Assembly: GCA_026936335.1 (NCBI GenBank) | Contig: JAPMXV010000049.1 | Location: 372,001 to 436,000 of the forward strand | Reading direction: 5' to 3' | Source: Mantamonas sphyraenae STR306 | Lineage: Eukaryota > Protista > CRuMs | Length of the DNA: 64,000 nucleotides | Shown: piece after piece, positions 44,702-57,100 of the stretch | Position numbering within the stretch: the stretch's first letter is position 1 | How the letters are laid out: each line of letters starts with the position of its first letter | Program-made: the position numbers and the translations under genes | Notes under the pieces: generated by a model | The model's input: only the letters and a program-made list of their open reading frames with translations | What the model was told of the DNA's origin: nothing | Databases searched by the model: none

Positions 44702-45773
44702 CAACTTGCCCTCTCCCGTCTTTCCGCCTCCTCCCTGCTGCGTCTTCTGCTCCCCCGTGGTTTGGTTGGTGATGTCTGCCATCACCCTGGTTGTGGTTGT
44801 TGCTGCTGTTGTGTTGCCGCTGTCCTCTCCTTTGCCCTCCTGTGTCTGTGTCTTCTCCTCACCTTCTCCTCCCATCTTCTTCGTCTCCTCCTCCTCCTTT
44901 GTCTCCTGTGCATCCCCTTCACGAGCCTGCACTGTCTCGTTGTCCTTCGTGCTGCTGCTGCTACTGCTGCTTCCTTGTCCCATCATCGATCGCTCTGTGC
45001 ATTCCATGTCAGTGTGAGTGTGTGTGTGTTCCCCCTCCTCTCCCCCTCTCCCCCGTCCTCCCTTCCCACGTACTCGTTTTGCGGATCAATGCCAGCGTGG
45101 TGGACGACAGACCACACGCCTCCAACGACGGCGTCTTGGGCATTTCAATCTCCTGCTTCTTCACCACCACAGCTGCCACCGGTGACGCAAACTCGTTGTC
45201 ATCACCCTCACCCATCGTCGCCGTCATCGACGACATGTTGTGTTCGTCGCGGCCCTGCATCTGCATCTCTGCCAGCGACGGCGTCTTTGGCATCACCATG
45301 CCCAGACCCAACCCCGAGTTGGCCATCGATGTGGGAGAGTGGAACTCATCAGTGGAACCCACCCCACCCATCATGGACGAAGACACAGAGAGACGAGGAT
45401 GCATACTCTTGCGTGGCGTCGTCGTCGCCGCTGCTGCCACAGACACGTTGACCCCACCGTCAAACCCATACGCCTCCAGCTCACTCTGCAACTCCTGCAC
45501 CAGTTGGTCGTTCTGTGTGCACAGCAGATGGCACACTTCCAGAAGCCTGTCAAAGGCCACATCCTGCGCCACCGTCGCGTCCAGCGCAGACGTTTGCGCC
45601 TGGAGTTCGCCCACCGATTTCAGTTGTTCGCCAAAGAACGCGTTGGCACTGATCTGCACACCTGCCGAACCACTGCTAGACTTGCGCCTCCCTTCCATCT
45701 GCTTGCTCAGCTGCTTCACATCCTTCTCCACCTTCACTGCGTCCTTGCGCAGCGTCTGAAAAAAGCTCTCCAT
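44318..45773 (-). CDS. SKA3: Spindle and kinetochore-associated protein 3 (SKA3)-like
   Basis: N-terminal helical domain ending 'LEAYGF', 'PKTPSL...GLS' motifs, and a C-terminal 'VTEEEMATMPGSLK...IVMALTRMNRL'. Intron 44995-45073. Confidence 0.65.
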
Positions 45774-45998
45774 CCCGGTTTGAAATTTCCTGGCCGTTTG
45801 GTTTTGGCGCGCTGGCGCACGGGGCCTTCCCCCCCCTCTCATCCCACCCCACCCCATCCCTCCCCACCCTGTACATTGGACACACACACACACACACAAT
45901 CTCTCACACACTCTCTCTCTTGATTGTGTTTCGCATGATGTGCTCATCATCTCGTGGTCCACACCAACCAAAACATCGACCACACCAGAGACACACCC

Positions 45999-48900
45999 AT
46001 GTCTTCGCGTGCATCAAGTGTGGCCAGCTCCTCGTCTGCATCGAGCAGTGGCCGTCGTGGTGGTGGCGGAGGTGGTGGTGCAGGCCATGTGGCACACGTG
46101 AGCACCACACCCCACGCCCCTGGAGGAGGCATCAACATGGCCAAACAGGATTACAACACCCTGTCCCGTTCCTGCTCGGCCTCTGCTCGCTTCCAGGATC
46201 CTGACTTCCCCGCCGATGATCGCTCCTTGTACGTGATGGGCTCGCTGCACTCCCGTTCGTCAACGGACCCACACGGCATCACCCAGTGGCTCTCCCCGCT
46301 GGAGTACAACGAACAAAACGCAGACATCAGCTTCATTGAAGATGGCATCGAGGCAGGCGACGTCGTCCAGGGCGAACTCGGCGACTGTTGGTTCCTGGGT
46401 GCCCTCTCCGTCGTCGCCACAAGGCTTGATCTCCTCGAAAAGCTCTTTGTCAACAGGGACGTCCAAAAGGGCATCTACGAGTTCCAGTTTTACAAGTACG
46501 GCGAATGGCATGTATGTTGGCTCACTGTTGCCCACCTCCATCCCTTTCCAATCTTTCCAATCTGCTTGGTTTTCCCCTTGCTTCACCTGCCTTTTGTGTG
46601 CCTCCGCCGCTCTCCCTCCTTGCCCTGACACAACCTTCCCTCGCTCCTCACCGCCCACAGTCTGTCGTCATCGACGATCTCATCCCCTGCAACGACGACG
46701 GCAAACCTGTGTATGCCCGCTGCAAGAGCCTCACTGAACTCTGGGTCCCTCTCATTGAAAAGGTGCGTTTCCCCTTTCTGCCTCGCAATCCATGGCGCCA
46801 GCCTCACACTCTTTCTCCCCCCCCCACCATCCTACCTGTAGGCCTATGCCAAGTTCCATGGCAACTATGAATCCCTTGTGGGTGGCTCTGTTGCTCAGGC
46901 CCTCGTCGACATGACCGGAGGTGCTGCCGAACGCCTGTGCGTTGTTGTGTGTGTGGGCCCATCGTGTCGATTTTCCCGCCGAATTTGCACCCCCTCAGCA
47001 GCTGCTTGCCTTTCCCCACACCTCGCTCGGGTGTCGAGTGACGGACACAGGCACGCCTTCACATGCTCACACGATCCCATGCACATGACACACCCTTTGC
47101 TGGGGGGCGGGGGACACCACAGGCTCTTCTCCGATCCGGAGGTGAAGCAGGAAATCAGCAATGGCGACTTTTGGCGCCGATTGCTGAAGGCCAAGGCAGA
47201 GGGCTTCCTGATGGGCTGCTCGTACTCTCCGCCGGGAAACACGCGAGACGACGAACCGGCCACGGAGGAGGGGATTCTTCCGGTGAGTGTGAGAGTGACA
47301 TGGGGGGAAGAAAGGGGTGGAGGCGGATTGACAGAACGGGGCTGACAACACACACACTGGGGGGTGGGGGGGACGTTATGGCAGAACCACGCGTACGGCA
47401 TCCTGGACTGTGTGGAGACAAAGGAGGGAGGACACAGGTTGATCCAGGTGCGCAATCCATGGGGCAAGGAAGAGTGGAATGGAGCGTGGTCGGATGGAGC
47501 ACCGCAGTGGAACGAGAGCATCATGAAAGAACTGAACGTGATTGGGTTTGCAGACGACGGAGTGTTCTGGATCTCTCTCGAAGACTTCACTTCCCGGTTC
47601 AACAAGTTGTACGTGTGTCGCCTGTACGACGACGACATTGGGGAGATCTGGCAGCGCAAGACGTTGTACTCGTCGTTTGAGGGACCCAACGCAGGCGGAT
47701 GCATGAACACAGACTCGTGGAAGCAGAACACACAGTATGCACTCACTGTGTACGAACCGGACACGGAGCTGTTTATCGAACTGGCACAGCCGGACGTGCG
47801 ATTGCGGGGCGACGGCACAGACAGCTACGAAACGGCCATTGGCTTCTACGTGTTCCTCACCGAGGACAACTCGCAGAAGGATGTGCATGTGGACGCAGAC
47901 GACATTCTGTACCAGACGGCGTTTGTGCCGTCACGGGAGGTGTCGAAGGAGATCAAATTGGAGCCCAACCAGAAGTGCATCCTGGTGCCGTGCACCCTGG
48001 AGCCCGATCAGGAACTCCACTACATGCTCACGGTGTACAGCGAGCACATGATTCAGCTGGAGGCCTTGGAGGAGACGCCCGAGTATGAGATCAGTGGGGA
48101 ATGGTCGACTGTGCGCAACACTGCCGGAGGGTGCATGAACTATGACACCTGGATTGATAACGACCAGTGAGTGAAAGCAGACGGATGAGCGGGATGAGCG
48201 GGATGAGCGGGATGAGCGGGATGACGACAGACAACGTGTGCGTCGGTGCGTTCGGGATCACACTCACACTCACAGTCACATGCTCACTCACACGCTCAAC
48301 CACGCAGATTTGTGATGCATGTGCACGAGAAGCAAAAGGTGACCATTGAGCTGATCCAGGATAAGCCGCGCTCCAGTGCACTGAACTACATTGGATTCTA
48401 CGTGTTGTATCCGGACGACCATTACGGCCGGCGCAAGCGTGTGGCCCGTCCCCGACGTGGGCAGCTTGTGCAGAAACCCACGTTTACGGACGCCGAGATT
48501 GTGGCACTGGAGATGCCTGTGGAGGCAACGCAGGAGAACTCGCCGTATGTGATTGTGCCCACGGTGTTTGAACCAGACATGGACGGACTGTTTGTGATCA
48601 AGGTGCGCGCACGTGCGCCTGTGACACTGGAGCGGGCACGCACGTGGCATGAAGCGAGTGTCAAGGGTGCCTGGGTGCCCCATCAGAGTGCAGGTGGCTC
48701 GTTGATCCATCCGTCGTGGCGACAAAACCACCAGTTTGCACTGCGCATGCACAAGCCCTCCAAGAGTGTGCTTGTGTTGTCGCGCAACAAGAACAGCAGC
48801 GGCGCAGGTGCAAGCTCAGGTGCAGGTGCAGGCGGAGCCAGTGCAGGCACCACGAGTGCAGGCAGCAGCCACAGCCACGACGCCAACATTGGCTTCTATG

Positions 48901-49667
48901 TGGTGTACATGAACGAGGACCAGAAGCCCAACGTGGTCATTGAAGCCAACGATGTGGTAAAGAAGACCAAGTTTACACCCGATCGCGAGGTGAGCGAAAA
49001 GTACGTGGTGGAGGACAACGACGACGAACCGCCCTCGCTGCTGGTCATCCCGTGCACGTATGCACCCAACATCATGAACGACTACACCCTCACCGTGTAC
49101 AGCGACAGCGAGTTTACTTCGTTGGAGCCCCTGGCCGAGCAGTGGCGCAAGGCAAGCATCACGGGCCAGTGGAGCGGTCATCGCGCAGGCGGCTGCAAGA
49201 ACTTCCGCGAATCGTTTCTGGAGAACCCGTGGTACCGGTTGAACATCAATGAGGACGAGTCACGCGTGCATGTGCGTCTGCATCACGACTCGGGCCTGCG
49301 TCCCACCAACCGGGCCATTGGGTTCTACCTGGCCATCGACGAGCCCATGAGTTTGCGTTCCATCATTGGCAAGAGTGCGTTTGTGGAGGCCGAAGAGGTG
49401 GTCAAGACGTTTCCCAGGGTCAAGGCAGGTCAGTACCTGCTGCTTCCGTGCACGTTTGAACCCCACCAGGAGGGTCGTTTCGAACTCGAGGTGTTCTGTG
49501 ACAAGCCCATCGCCCTCTCCGAGGTCTACGAGAAGGACAGGGTCATGGCGGAGGTGCAGGAGGACAGCAGCAAGGCTGGAGGGGCAGCCTCATCGTCTGC
49601 GGCATCAGCCGATGCATCGTCGTCCACCTCGGCAACATCTTCCTCGTCCGCCGATTCCGATGAATGA
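45999..49667 (+). CDS. Calpain-family cysteine protease (CysPc) with four tandem domain-III (C2-like) repeats, ~6 exons
   Basis: Catalytic triad 'QGELGDCWFL', 'NHAYGIL', 'RNPWG'. Four 'AGG(C/S)...N' domain-III units. Confidence 0.92.
48183..48224 (+). repeat. 9-bp tandem repeat (GGATGAGCG)x4.7 inside a calpain intron
   Basis: Seen directly. Confidence 0.9.
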
Positions 49668-49807
49668 AACTGAACAAAACACCCGGGAATGGATGTGTTT
49701 CGAGTTTGGGTGGTTCATTTGTTTGAGTGTGTGATGTGTTGCAGTGGGGGAATGGACGGGGAGGGGAGGAGCCGCCCTGGGTTGCCAAACTGAACCCGAC
49801 CACGGTC

Positions 49808-51266
49808 ATGTCCCAACAGGAGGAGAAAGGCCCCACGAAGGAACAACTGGAGGCAGCGTATGGCAAGTTGACGTATGGGCCACACCTGCCCGTGCGTACA
49901 TCGGACAAGGTGCTGGCAGAGGCCAACAAGGCTCGTCAGAGCGATGCGGGCGTCAGCAGCAGCAGCAGCAGCAGTGGCAGTGGCAGTGGCAGTGGCACCA
50001 ACGGCGACAGTGACACAGGGGCCAACCCACACGCCTATGTAAAGGATGAGGATGACTTGGGGGACATTCCACCCCTGTTTGCGTCGGTGATGCCCAGTGA
50101 AGACGATCCGGTGGGTTTGGAGAGACGGAATCATGCACGGACTTTCACCGCACCCGCCCCCCCCCCCCAGCAAGAGGATAGGATAGAGCACACACACACA
50201 CTGACTCGGACGAGTGGGTGGATGACTGCACATGCGTTCAACTGCCTGCAACATGTGTGTGTGTGTGTGAGTGCAGACGTTCCAGGCCATGCAGAGTCTG
50301 GTGTTTGACGGAACGCCGGAAGAGATCGCCGACAACTTCAACGAACAGGGCAAGGACTGCTACTTGACAGGGGAGAAGTACTATGGCGATGCCATCCAAT
50401 ATTACACACAGGCCCTGGAGCAGGAGTGTTCCGATGCCAAGCTGAACGCAAAGGTCCTGGCCAACCGGGCGTTGGTGCAGCTGAAGTTGCGCAACTATGG
50501 ATCATGCATCCGAGACTGCAAGCGCAGCTGGGCTCTGGATCCAGACAACATCAAGGTGTATGCGCGTGCGGCACAGGCTGCAAACGCTGTGGAGAGGCAC
50601 CAGGATGCCCTGGACTATGCAAACCTGGGCTTGGCCGTCAAGGACAACAGCAAGGAGCTCAAGAAGCAGGCTGCGGTGGCAGAGGCTGGCATTGCACGTG
50701 TGGCCAAGCGCATGGCGGACCGTGAGGCCAGGAGGATCGAGAGGGAACGCAAGGAGGCTCTGGTGAACGACGAGATCGCACGCAGGGCTTACAACATCCA
50801 ACCTCCCCATGAGTATGTCAAGGAGTACATGAATGCAAACGAGATCTGGGCGGAGGAGGTCGAGGTGCCCATCCCCGAGGGCTCGGAGCTTCCTGCTCAC
50901 ATTCCCCGTGAGCGCGTGGTCAACGGCGTCTACCTGCACGTCATGCTGCACTTTCCCGTGCTCTTTGTCTATCCAGAGACCGGCCAGAGCGACTTTATCA
51001 AGGACTTTTGTGAGCAGGTGACGTTTGCCGACCATCTGGGTGCCATGTTCCCCAACGACGCCCAGGCTCCCGTCGTGGAGTGGGACCCCGAGTTCAAATG
51101 GCGCGAGAGCAACCTGGCCGTCTTCCTGCCCGTCATGAGCCTGGTCAAGGGCGAGGTTACCACACGCGAGGTCCCGCTTGCGAAGGATATCACCCTCATG
51201 GAGGCCTTGCAACACCGCTCCTCCGTCATCCACGGCATCCCCATCTTTATTGTGCGTGCGCAGTGA
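49808..51266 (+). CDS. TTC4: TPR co-chaperone TTC4/Cns1
   Basis: 'PLF...AMQSLVFDGTPEEIADNFNEQG', TPRs 'NRALVQLKLRNYGSCIRDC', wheel domain 'LHFPVLFVYPETGQSDFI'. Intron ~50111-50276. Confidence 0.9.
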
Positions 51267-51356
51267 CAACAAGAATGAAAAATTTGATTCAGACAGAAAT
51301 CCAAGTTGCTGTGTTTGTATATGTATTTCACTGTCAATCAAAATTTACACGTTTAT

Positions 51357-52278
51357 TTACACATTGATTCTTTCGTAGAACAGGATGTATGGCTGGATGC
51401 TCTTGACAACCTCGCCGTCCCAATCGACGACGCTGGAGATCGAATCTGAGAACCAGAGCCAGGCGTCGTCTTCCTTTTCGTGCACGACGGCGGTGTAGTG
51501 GCCGGTTGCGTGCGTCCCCGAATGCTGCACAAAGCCCACCAGCCGGTACTCGACGTGTGCATCCACGTTCTCGCACACGTCTTCAATGTTGAGTGTGGGG
51601 GCATATCGCACACGTTGGTCCACCTTCTTGATGTATCCTGTTGATGTGGGCATCAAACGGCGCAAGCAGATCACGAGCGTTTGTGGCGGAGTCGCCACCG
51701 TGCATGAGCGCTCAAACGTGCACTTGACAGGCTCGCACTCATCCAAGCAACGCCGAAGCAGCACAGTGTCCTCCACCGAGTGTGCATCGGCCAGGTATTG
51801 CCTGAGAACCATCTCCTCTTGTCTCCTCCCGTCCGTCACACACTGCTTCAGCATCACCTGGGCCTCGCAGTATTCACAACGCACATCATCCACCTCTTCC
51901 TCTTCGCTGAACCCTCCCAGGCACTCTTCAATGTCCACAGGGTCGTCCAGCGACGATCCCTTCAGTTCGAGTGTGATTTCCGATTCGATTGTCCTCTTGA
52001 CAGGCTTCTCGTGGCCACACACTGTACATCGCATGTGATTGTTGATCACCATGCTGTACGGAGGAGGCTGTATAGCCTCATCAAGCTCCTCCACGGGCGT
52101 TTGGCTCCACCTGTGCAGCACCAAGCCCTGCCTGCGAAGACTGGAACCAGCGTCAGAATCCCCACTGCTCTGGATGCTTGCACTGTGGTTGTGCGTTCAT
52201 TGTAGCAACACAGGACAGGCGTCAGTACGGAGAAAGGGGAGGGGAGGGGGAGGGAAGGGACCGGGGTTGGTGGCATTT

Positions 52279-52319
<41 letters not shown>

Positions 52320-53037
52320 ACCATGCGGACAGCCCAAGGTAGGCTTTGCGATGGAGATCAAGCAGCTCATCCTCCATCATGTGTCTGAGTCTGGAGAGTG
52401 CTTCGTGGGCATCCTGCTGGTCACCCGGTATGGCACCAAGCCAGTACTTGAAGACGAAGCGGACGAGGGGAGCACAGTCCATGACGGTGGAGGTGGGTTT
52501 CATGCACGAACAATGGTCATGGTGGGAGTTTGGGTGTGGATGGGGTTGGATGCGTTGTGGAAAGTGGTGGAGGTGGTGAAGGACGGGCTGGAGTTGGCGA
52601 AAGGTGGGACCGTGGGCCTTGTGCCGGTGCACCCATTGGGCCGTGTGGTCGCATCTGCTCAAACATTGCAGCAGACTGTTGACAAAGCAAGTGTTGCCAG
52701 AGTTGTAGATGCCCACTCCCTGTGGGTTGCTATCCTCCAGGCGTTGCAACACTCGACTGCGAGGCAACGCCCAATCACTGGCACTGCGCAGGTCCTTGTA
52801 CACACGAGACTTGGATGACGATGACGATGATGATGATGATGATGACATGCCACGTCCTCCTCCTCGTTGTTGTTTGTCCCTTGTGTGCCTCTCCTCATCC
52901 TCATCCTCCTCTGCCATGCCCAGTGACAACAGTTGCACCACCAGCACCACAGATCCAATGGCCGTCACAACCACAGAGGCAATGACCCCCCAGCGTAGCC
53001 AAGGGTCGGATGATGATGATGATGATCTTTGTGACAT
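51357..53037 (-). CDS. Ubiquitin-specific protease with an N-terminal TM anchor (USP30/Ubp16-like)
   Basis: TM 'WGVIASVVVTAIGSVVLVVQLL', Cys box 'GIYNSGNTCFVNSLLQCL', 'QQDAHE', His box 'HSGTHATGHY...FSD'. Intron 52183-52321. Confidence 0.88.
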
Positions 53038-53122
53038 GGGCACAGTGCGGGTGGGGTCGGGATGGATTGGCGGCGATTGGGGCCCCAGCGTGCCCAATCA
53101 TCATCATCATCATCATCTCATC

Positions 53123-54163
53123 ATGGACGACGATGACTTTGAGATGATGTGCAAGTTGGATGTGTATGCCATCGTGGGTGTGATGGAGGACGCAACGGCA
53201 AAGGAGGTGCAGCGAGCGTATCGGAAGCAGAGCATCAAGCTGCACCCGGACAAGAACAGGGACGACCCAAAGGCGGCAGACAAGTTCCATGAACTCAACC
53301 TGGCCAACATGATCCTAAAGGACACCAAGTTGCGAAGCGAATACGACAAGCGATACAAGGCACGTATGATGCAACGCAAGCGGGAGCGGGAGCACGCCGA
53401 GAGCGTGCGGAACATGCGCCAGGCCCTGCGGCAGCAGGAAGCAGATTACAAACGACAAAAGACACAGGCGGCACAGGAAGAAAAGAGGAAACAGATGCAC
53501 ATGGATGAGATCACAGCCAATGCCATGCGCAAGGTGAAGGAGGCGTCGGAGCAGCGAGCGCGCCAACGGGCCCAGGCAGCGGCCGAGGCAGCAGAAGCGG
53601 CCACGGTGGCCTCAGCCACCAGGGTGCCCACTGTATTGGCACGTTGGAATCGCAAGTATGCTGTGGATGAGAGTCACCTGAGGGCATTCCTGCGGTCACA
53701 GGGGCTGGTGATCACTCGCTTGGTTCTCAGCGACACCAGCAGCACAGCCAAGAAGAAGGCATCGGCACTGTTGACTCTGGATGACTCTGCCACCAACACA
53801 GAAAGGGTGCACCAATTGGTGAACAAGGGCACTCATACCATCCAGCTGGCTTCATCATCATCATCAGACACACACGCACGTGTCACCTTTTCCTTTGCTC
53901 CCTCCTCCATCCCACACCAAGTCTCCACCTCGACATCATCATCCTCATCATCCTCATCCTCATCATCATCATCGTCCTCGTCGTCCTTTGCATCTTCGAC
54001 GAGCGCATCGTCGTTTGGCGACCTCCAGAGCTCTCTGATGGAAAAGCTGCGACGAAAGAAGGAGCAGGAGAAGGCAAAGGAGACACAAGAGACACAAGAG
54101 ACACAGGGAGACAAGACAAAGGGTGAAGGGGGAGAGACACAGGTGGAGGTGGAAGCAAAATGA
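53123..54163 (+). CDS. DNAJC17: J-domain protein, DNAJC17/Cwc23-like
   Basis: N-terminal J domain with HPDK, followed by a coiled coil and a degenerate RRM-like region ('VLARWN'). Confidence 0.75.
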   Translation: MDDDDFEMMCKLDVYAIVGVMEDATAKEVQRAYRKQSIKLHPDKNRDDPKAADKFHELNLANMILKDTKLRSEYDKRYKARMMQRKREREHAESVRNMRQALRQQEADYKRQKTQAAQEEKRKQMHMDEITANAMRKVKEASEQRARQRAQAAAEAAEAATVASATRVPTVLARWNRKYAVDESHLRAFLRSQGLVITRLVLSDTSSTAKKKASALLTLDDSATNTERVHQLVNKGTHTIQLASSSSSDTHARVTFSFAPSSIPHQVSTSTSSSSSSSSSSSSSSSSSFASSTSASSFGDLQSSLMEKLRRKKEQEKAKETQETQETQGDKTKGEGGETQVEVEAK

Positions 54164-54191
54164 AGCGTTGTTCTTTGGTGTTGACGCAAAG

Positions 54192-57100
54192 TCACGCGCT
54201 GAGAAAATCGTCCATGAGAGCACCCACCTGCACGAGTGCCATTTCACTGGGCAGAGGTAAGGCCTTGAGACCATAGTGTGAGGAGGCACGCTGTGTGAGG
54301 GCCAGGATGTTCTGTGCCTGACTGCTCATCTCGGCAATGCAACACTCCTCCTCGCGCGAGGCAAAGCGAGGCAGGCTCTGCTGAAGGACGGCAGGCCCAG
54401 GCTCACGCACCACATGGCCATCCCACTTGCTGAGCTTGTCCACAAGGGCAGTGATGTCCTCGTCACGCAGGTTGAAGCTGAGATCCAGCTGCATGCCAAC
54501 GTTGTCGTCGTCGTCGTTGTCTTGATCAAGGTCACGTGCACGTTCTGCATTGTTGACCAACACCAGGTACTGGAGGTAGACCTGACCCCATCGAGACCAG
54601 TAGCTGATCTGTTTGTCTTGCTGCGCCTGTTCCTGGTTGGCTTGGGCACATTCTTGCAGGATGGTGGTCAGGGCTCGGGTGCGTCCTGCCAGCATCCAGC
54701 GCGGGGCAAGGCGACGCACGAGCACACGGTGCACCTCGTCCCAACACCCAGCCTCACGCCAGTGCATCATGGCACGCTCGTGTTCGTGGATGCGCGTGTA
54801 CCAGTACGCCTTGGCGGTGTGCACCAGGAGCGCAGGCACGTGAAGGTCCTTGCTCAGGTGCAGGCCGTCGTATGCCCGCTTGCCCCCGTGGCGTTGCAAG
54901 AGACGATCGACGAGAAAGAATCGCATGGCGGGACCCTGTTGGACATAGTGGGCCACATACACAGCCCACTTCCAATGGCCAGCCATCTCCAGCTGGGCCA
55001 TGTAGTTGGTGTGCAGCCGCACCATGGTGTGTGCGTCCACGTGATCGCCCAGCACAGGCATCAGCAAGGCACACAGGTGCCACGCAAAGCCATAGTCCAA
55101 TTGGTGCGGTGTGTACGTCATGGGCGTCAGCGCTGCGGGCAGATGGAACCCCTGCTGCGTGTACAGCTTGAGGAGGTGCCAACACGTGTCTTCAAACCCA
55201 AACGAGGCCACGTCCAGCGTGGTGTTGCGCAGCCACATGCGCTGGTGTTCCACATACTCTGGCACGGGCTTGGGTGCTGCCTTGTCTTGCATGTACGCAC
55301 GCACCACACTTGCCAGGCTCTCGTTGCCCGCGTGTCCAAACCACAGATGCAACCCGAGGCTGCGTTTCCAATCCAGCCTGTCCTCCATGGCTGCCACATC
55401 GCCTGCAAGCACCCTGTAGATGCGCATCCGCATGTCATCCTGCTCCTCCACGCCGTCCTCCTCCCCCTGCGATTGTCCCTTCCACAGTGCCAGCTGTGCA
55501 CGCACATCCCTGCGAGCGGCCAGGTCCCCGCTGGCACACTGTGGGATGAGTGTGGCCAGAGCATACTCCTTCTTTTGAAGACACAACACAACGGCCTCGG
55601 CCACATTGCGTCCACTCAGGTGCGCGGCCACCTCGGCCAGGTGGTCGTTGTTGCTGCGTGCTGTCTCCACATCCGCCTGCACCCTGTCAGCCACCGTGTG
55701 GTGCAGCCAATCCGAAACACATTCCCTTCGCACAAGCATCTCTTCGTACGAGTCCCGTGGCAGGCTGCGCACATCCATGCCAGGCAATCCCACGTGTGCA
55801 GGTCCCCACAGGGCACGTACGAGTGCCAGCGCATTCACTTGTTGCTGCAATGCATACCGTTGTGCATCCTGTGCCGTGTGTGCCGCCAATTCCTCCTGCG
55901 TGGCCTCCAGGTAGTCGTCCAAGGCAGACATGTCATGGCCCAAACTCAGCTGTCCCAGTTCCACCCCTTCGCCCTCTTCCTCCACATTGTGCTTTCGTGC
56001 CACTGCCAGCATGCGCCTGTGCACTCCCTGCCCACGTCCCTGTCCAGACGACACCGACGAAGACGGTTGCGACCCCGTGCCCGAGTGGGCGTGATTTCCC
56101 TTGACAAACGACACCGACAGGACCGTGCGCTTCACCTCCTGCGTCTGCTTGTATACGCGCACCACACTCAACGTGCCAATGGGGCCCTGTGTGTTGGGCA
56201 CCACCAGTGCTCCGTTGGCGCTGAACGCGACCCCGTGGCTTCCGTACGGCACATTCTCCTGCCTGGCGCGTCCCTCACGCTCCAGCTCCTCTGCACGTGC
56301 GGCGTTGACAGCACGCACCGCTGCGTCTGCCTGGTGTGCACTGCGTGTGTATGCCTCATCCACATGCGATGGCTGCTTCGGTTCCTGTGACTGTGTGTCT
56401 GCCACCCCAGCCCTGTCATGCATGCCACGTCCTCCTCCCTGCTGCTGCTTCTGTTTGGCTCGTCCGGGTGTCCATGCACGATGCCGGGGGCTCAGCAGCA
56501 GCCCCGACTTGTTGTTATTGTTGTTGGTGATGCCAGTGCGCGTGTGCTGCCCCTTGCGTACAGACGAGGTGTGTGTGCCAGAATGCAAGCTGGACAGACT
56601 GCTGTTGAGTCCTGCCGCCGCTGCCGCTGCGCTTGTGTTGCTTACGTTGCCTGCACCCGTCGGTGAGCGCCAATTCAGCAGGGGATCGTCGTCCAGAAAC
56701 CCCGATGTGTTGCCCACGCCAACATCGGTCTCCATGGCCAGTGCTGCCGACACGTCCAGTGGTGTCCCTGCGCCTGCAATAGATGCAGATGATGTGTTGA
56801 GCATGTGTGCAGAGCTGTTCAGCTGCCGCGTGTGCCTCTGCCCAATCCCTCCTCGCTCTTCCTCCGCCCCCGAAGCCGAACCTGCCACCGCGTCGTCGCC
56901 ATACAACGACTCGCGCATCCAATGCAGCTTGCCCGGGTTCAATCCCAGTCCGCGTGGCAGTGCATGTGTGTCCACACGCTCTGTGTACGCCTCCTCCGTA
57001 TCCATGGTGTACTCTCCCTCTGCGTTGCTGTTGCTGCCGCCGCCGTTCTGCTCGTTGTCTTCCTCCTCCATCACGTCCCCCGTCAGCGATTGACGACGCG

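Noticed and set aside
48183-48224. Short repeats here and in Nup98 as CRISPR or telomeric arrays
   Set aside because: No unique spacers or cas genes; these are intronic or coding low-complexity repeats in a eukaryote.
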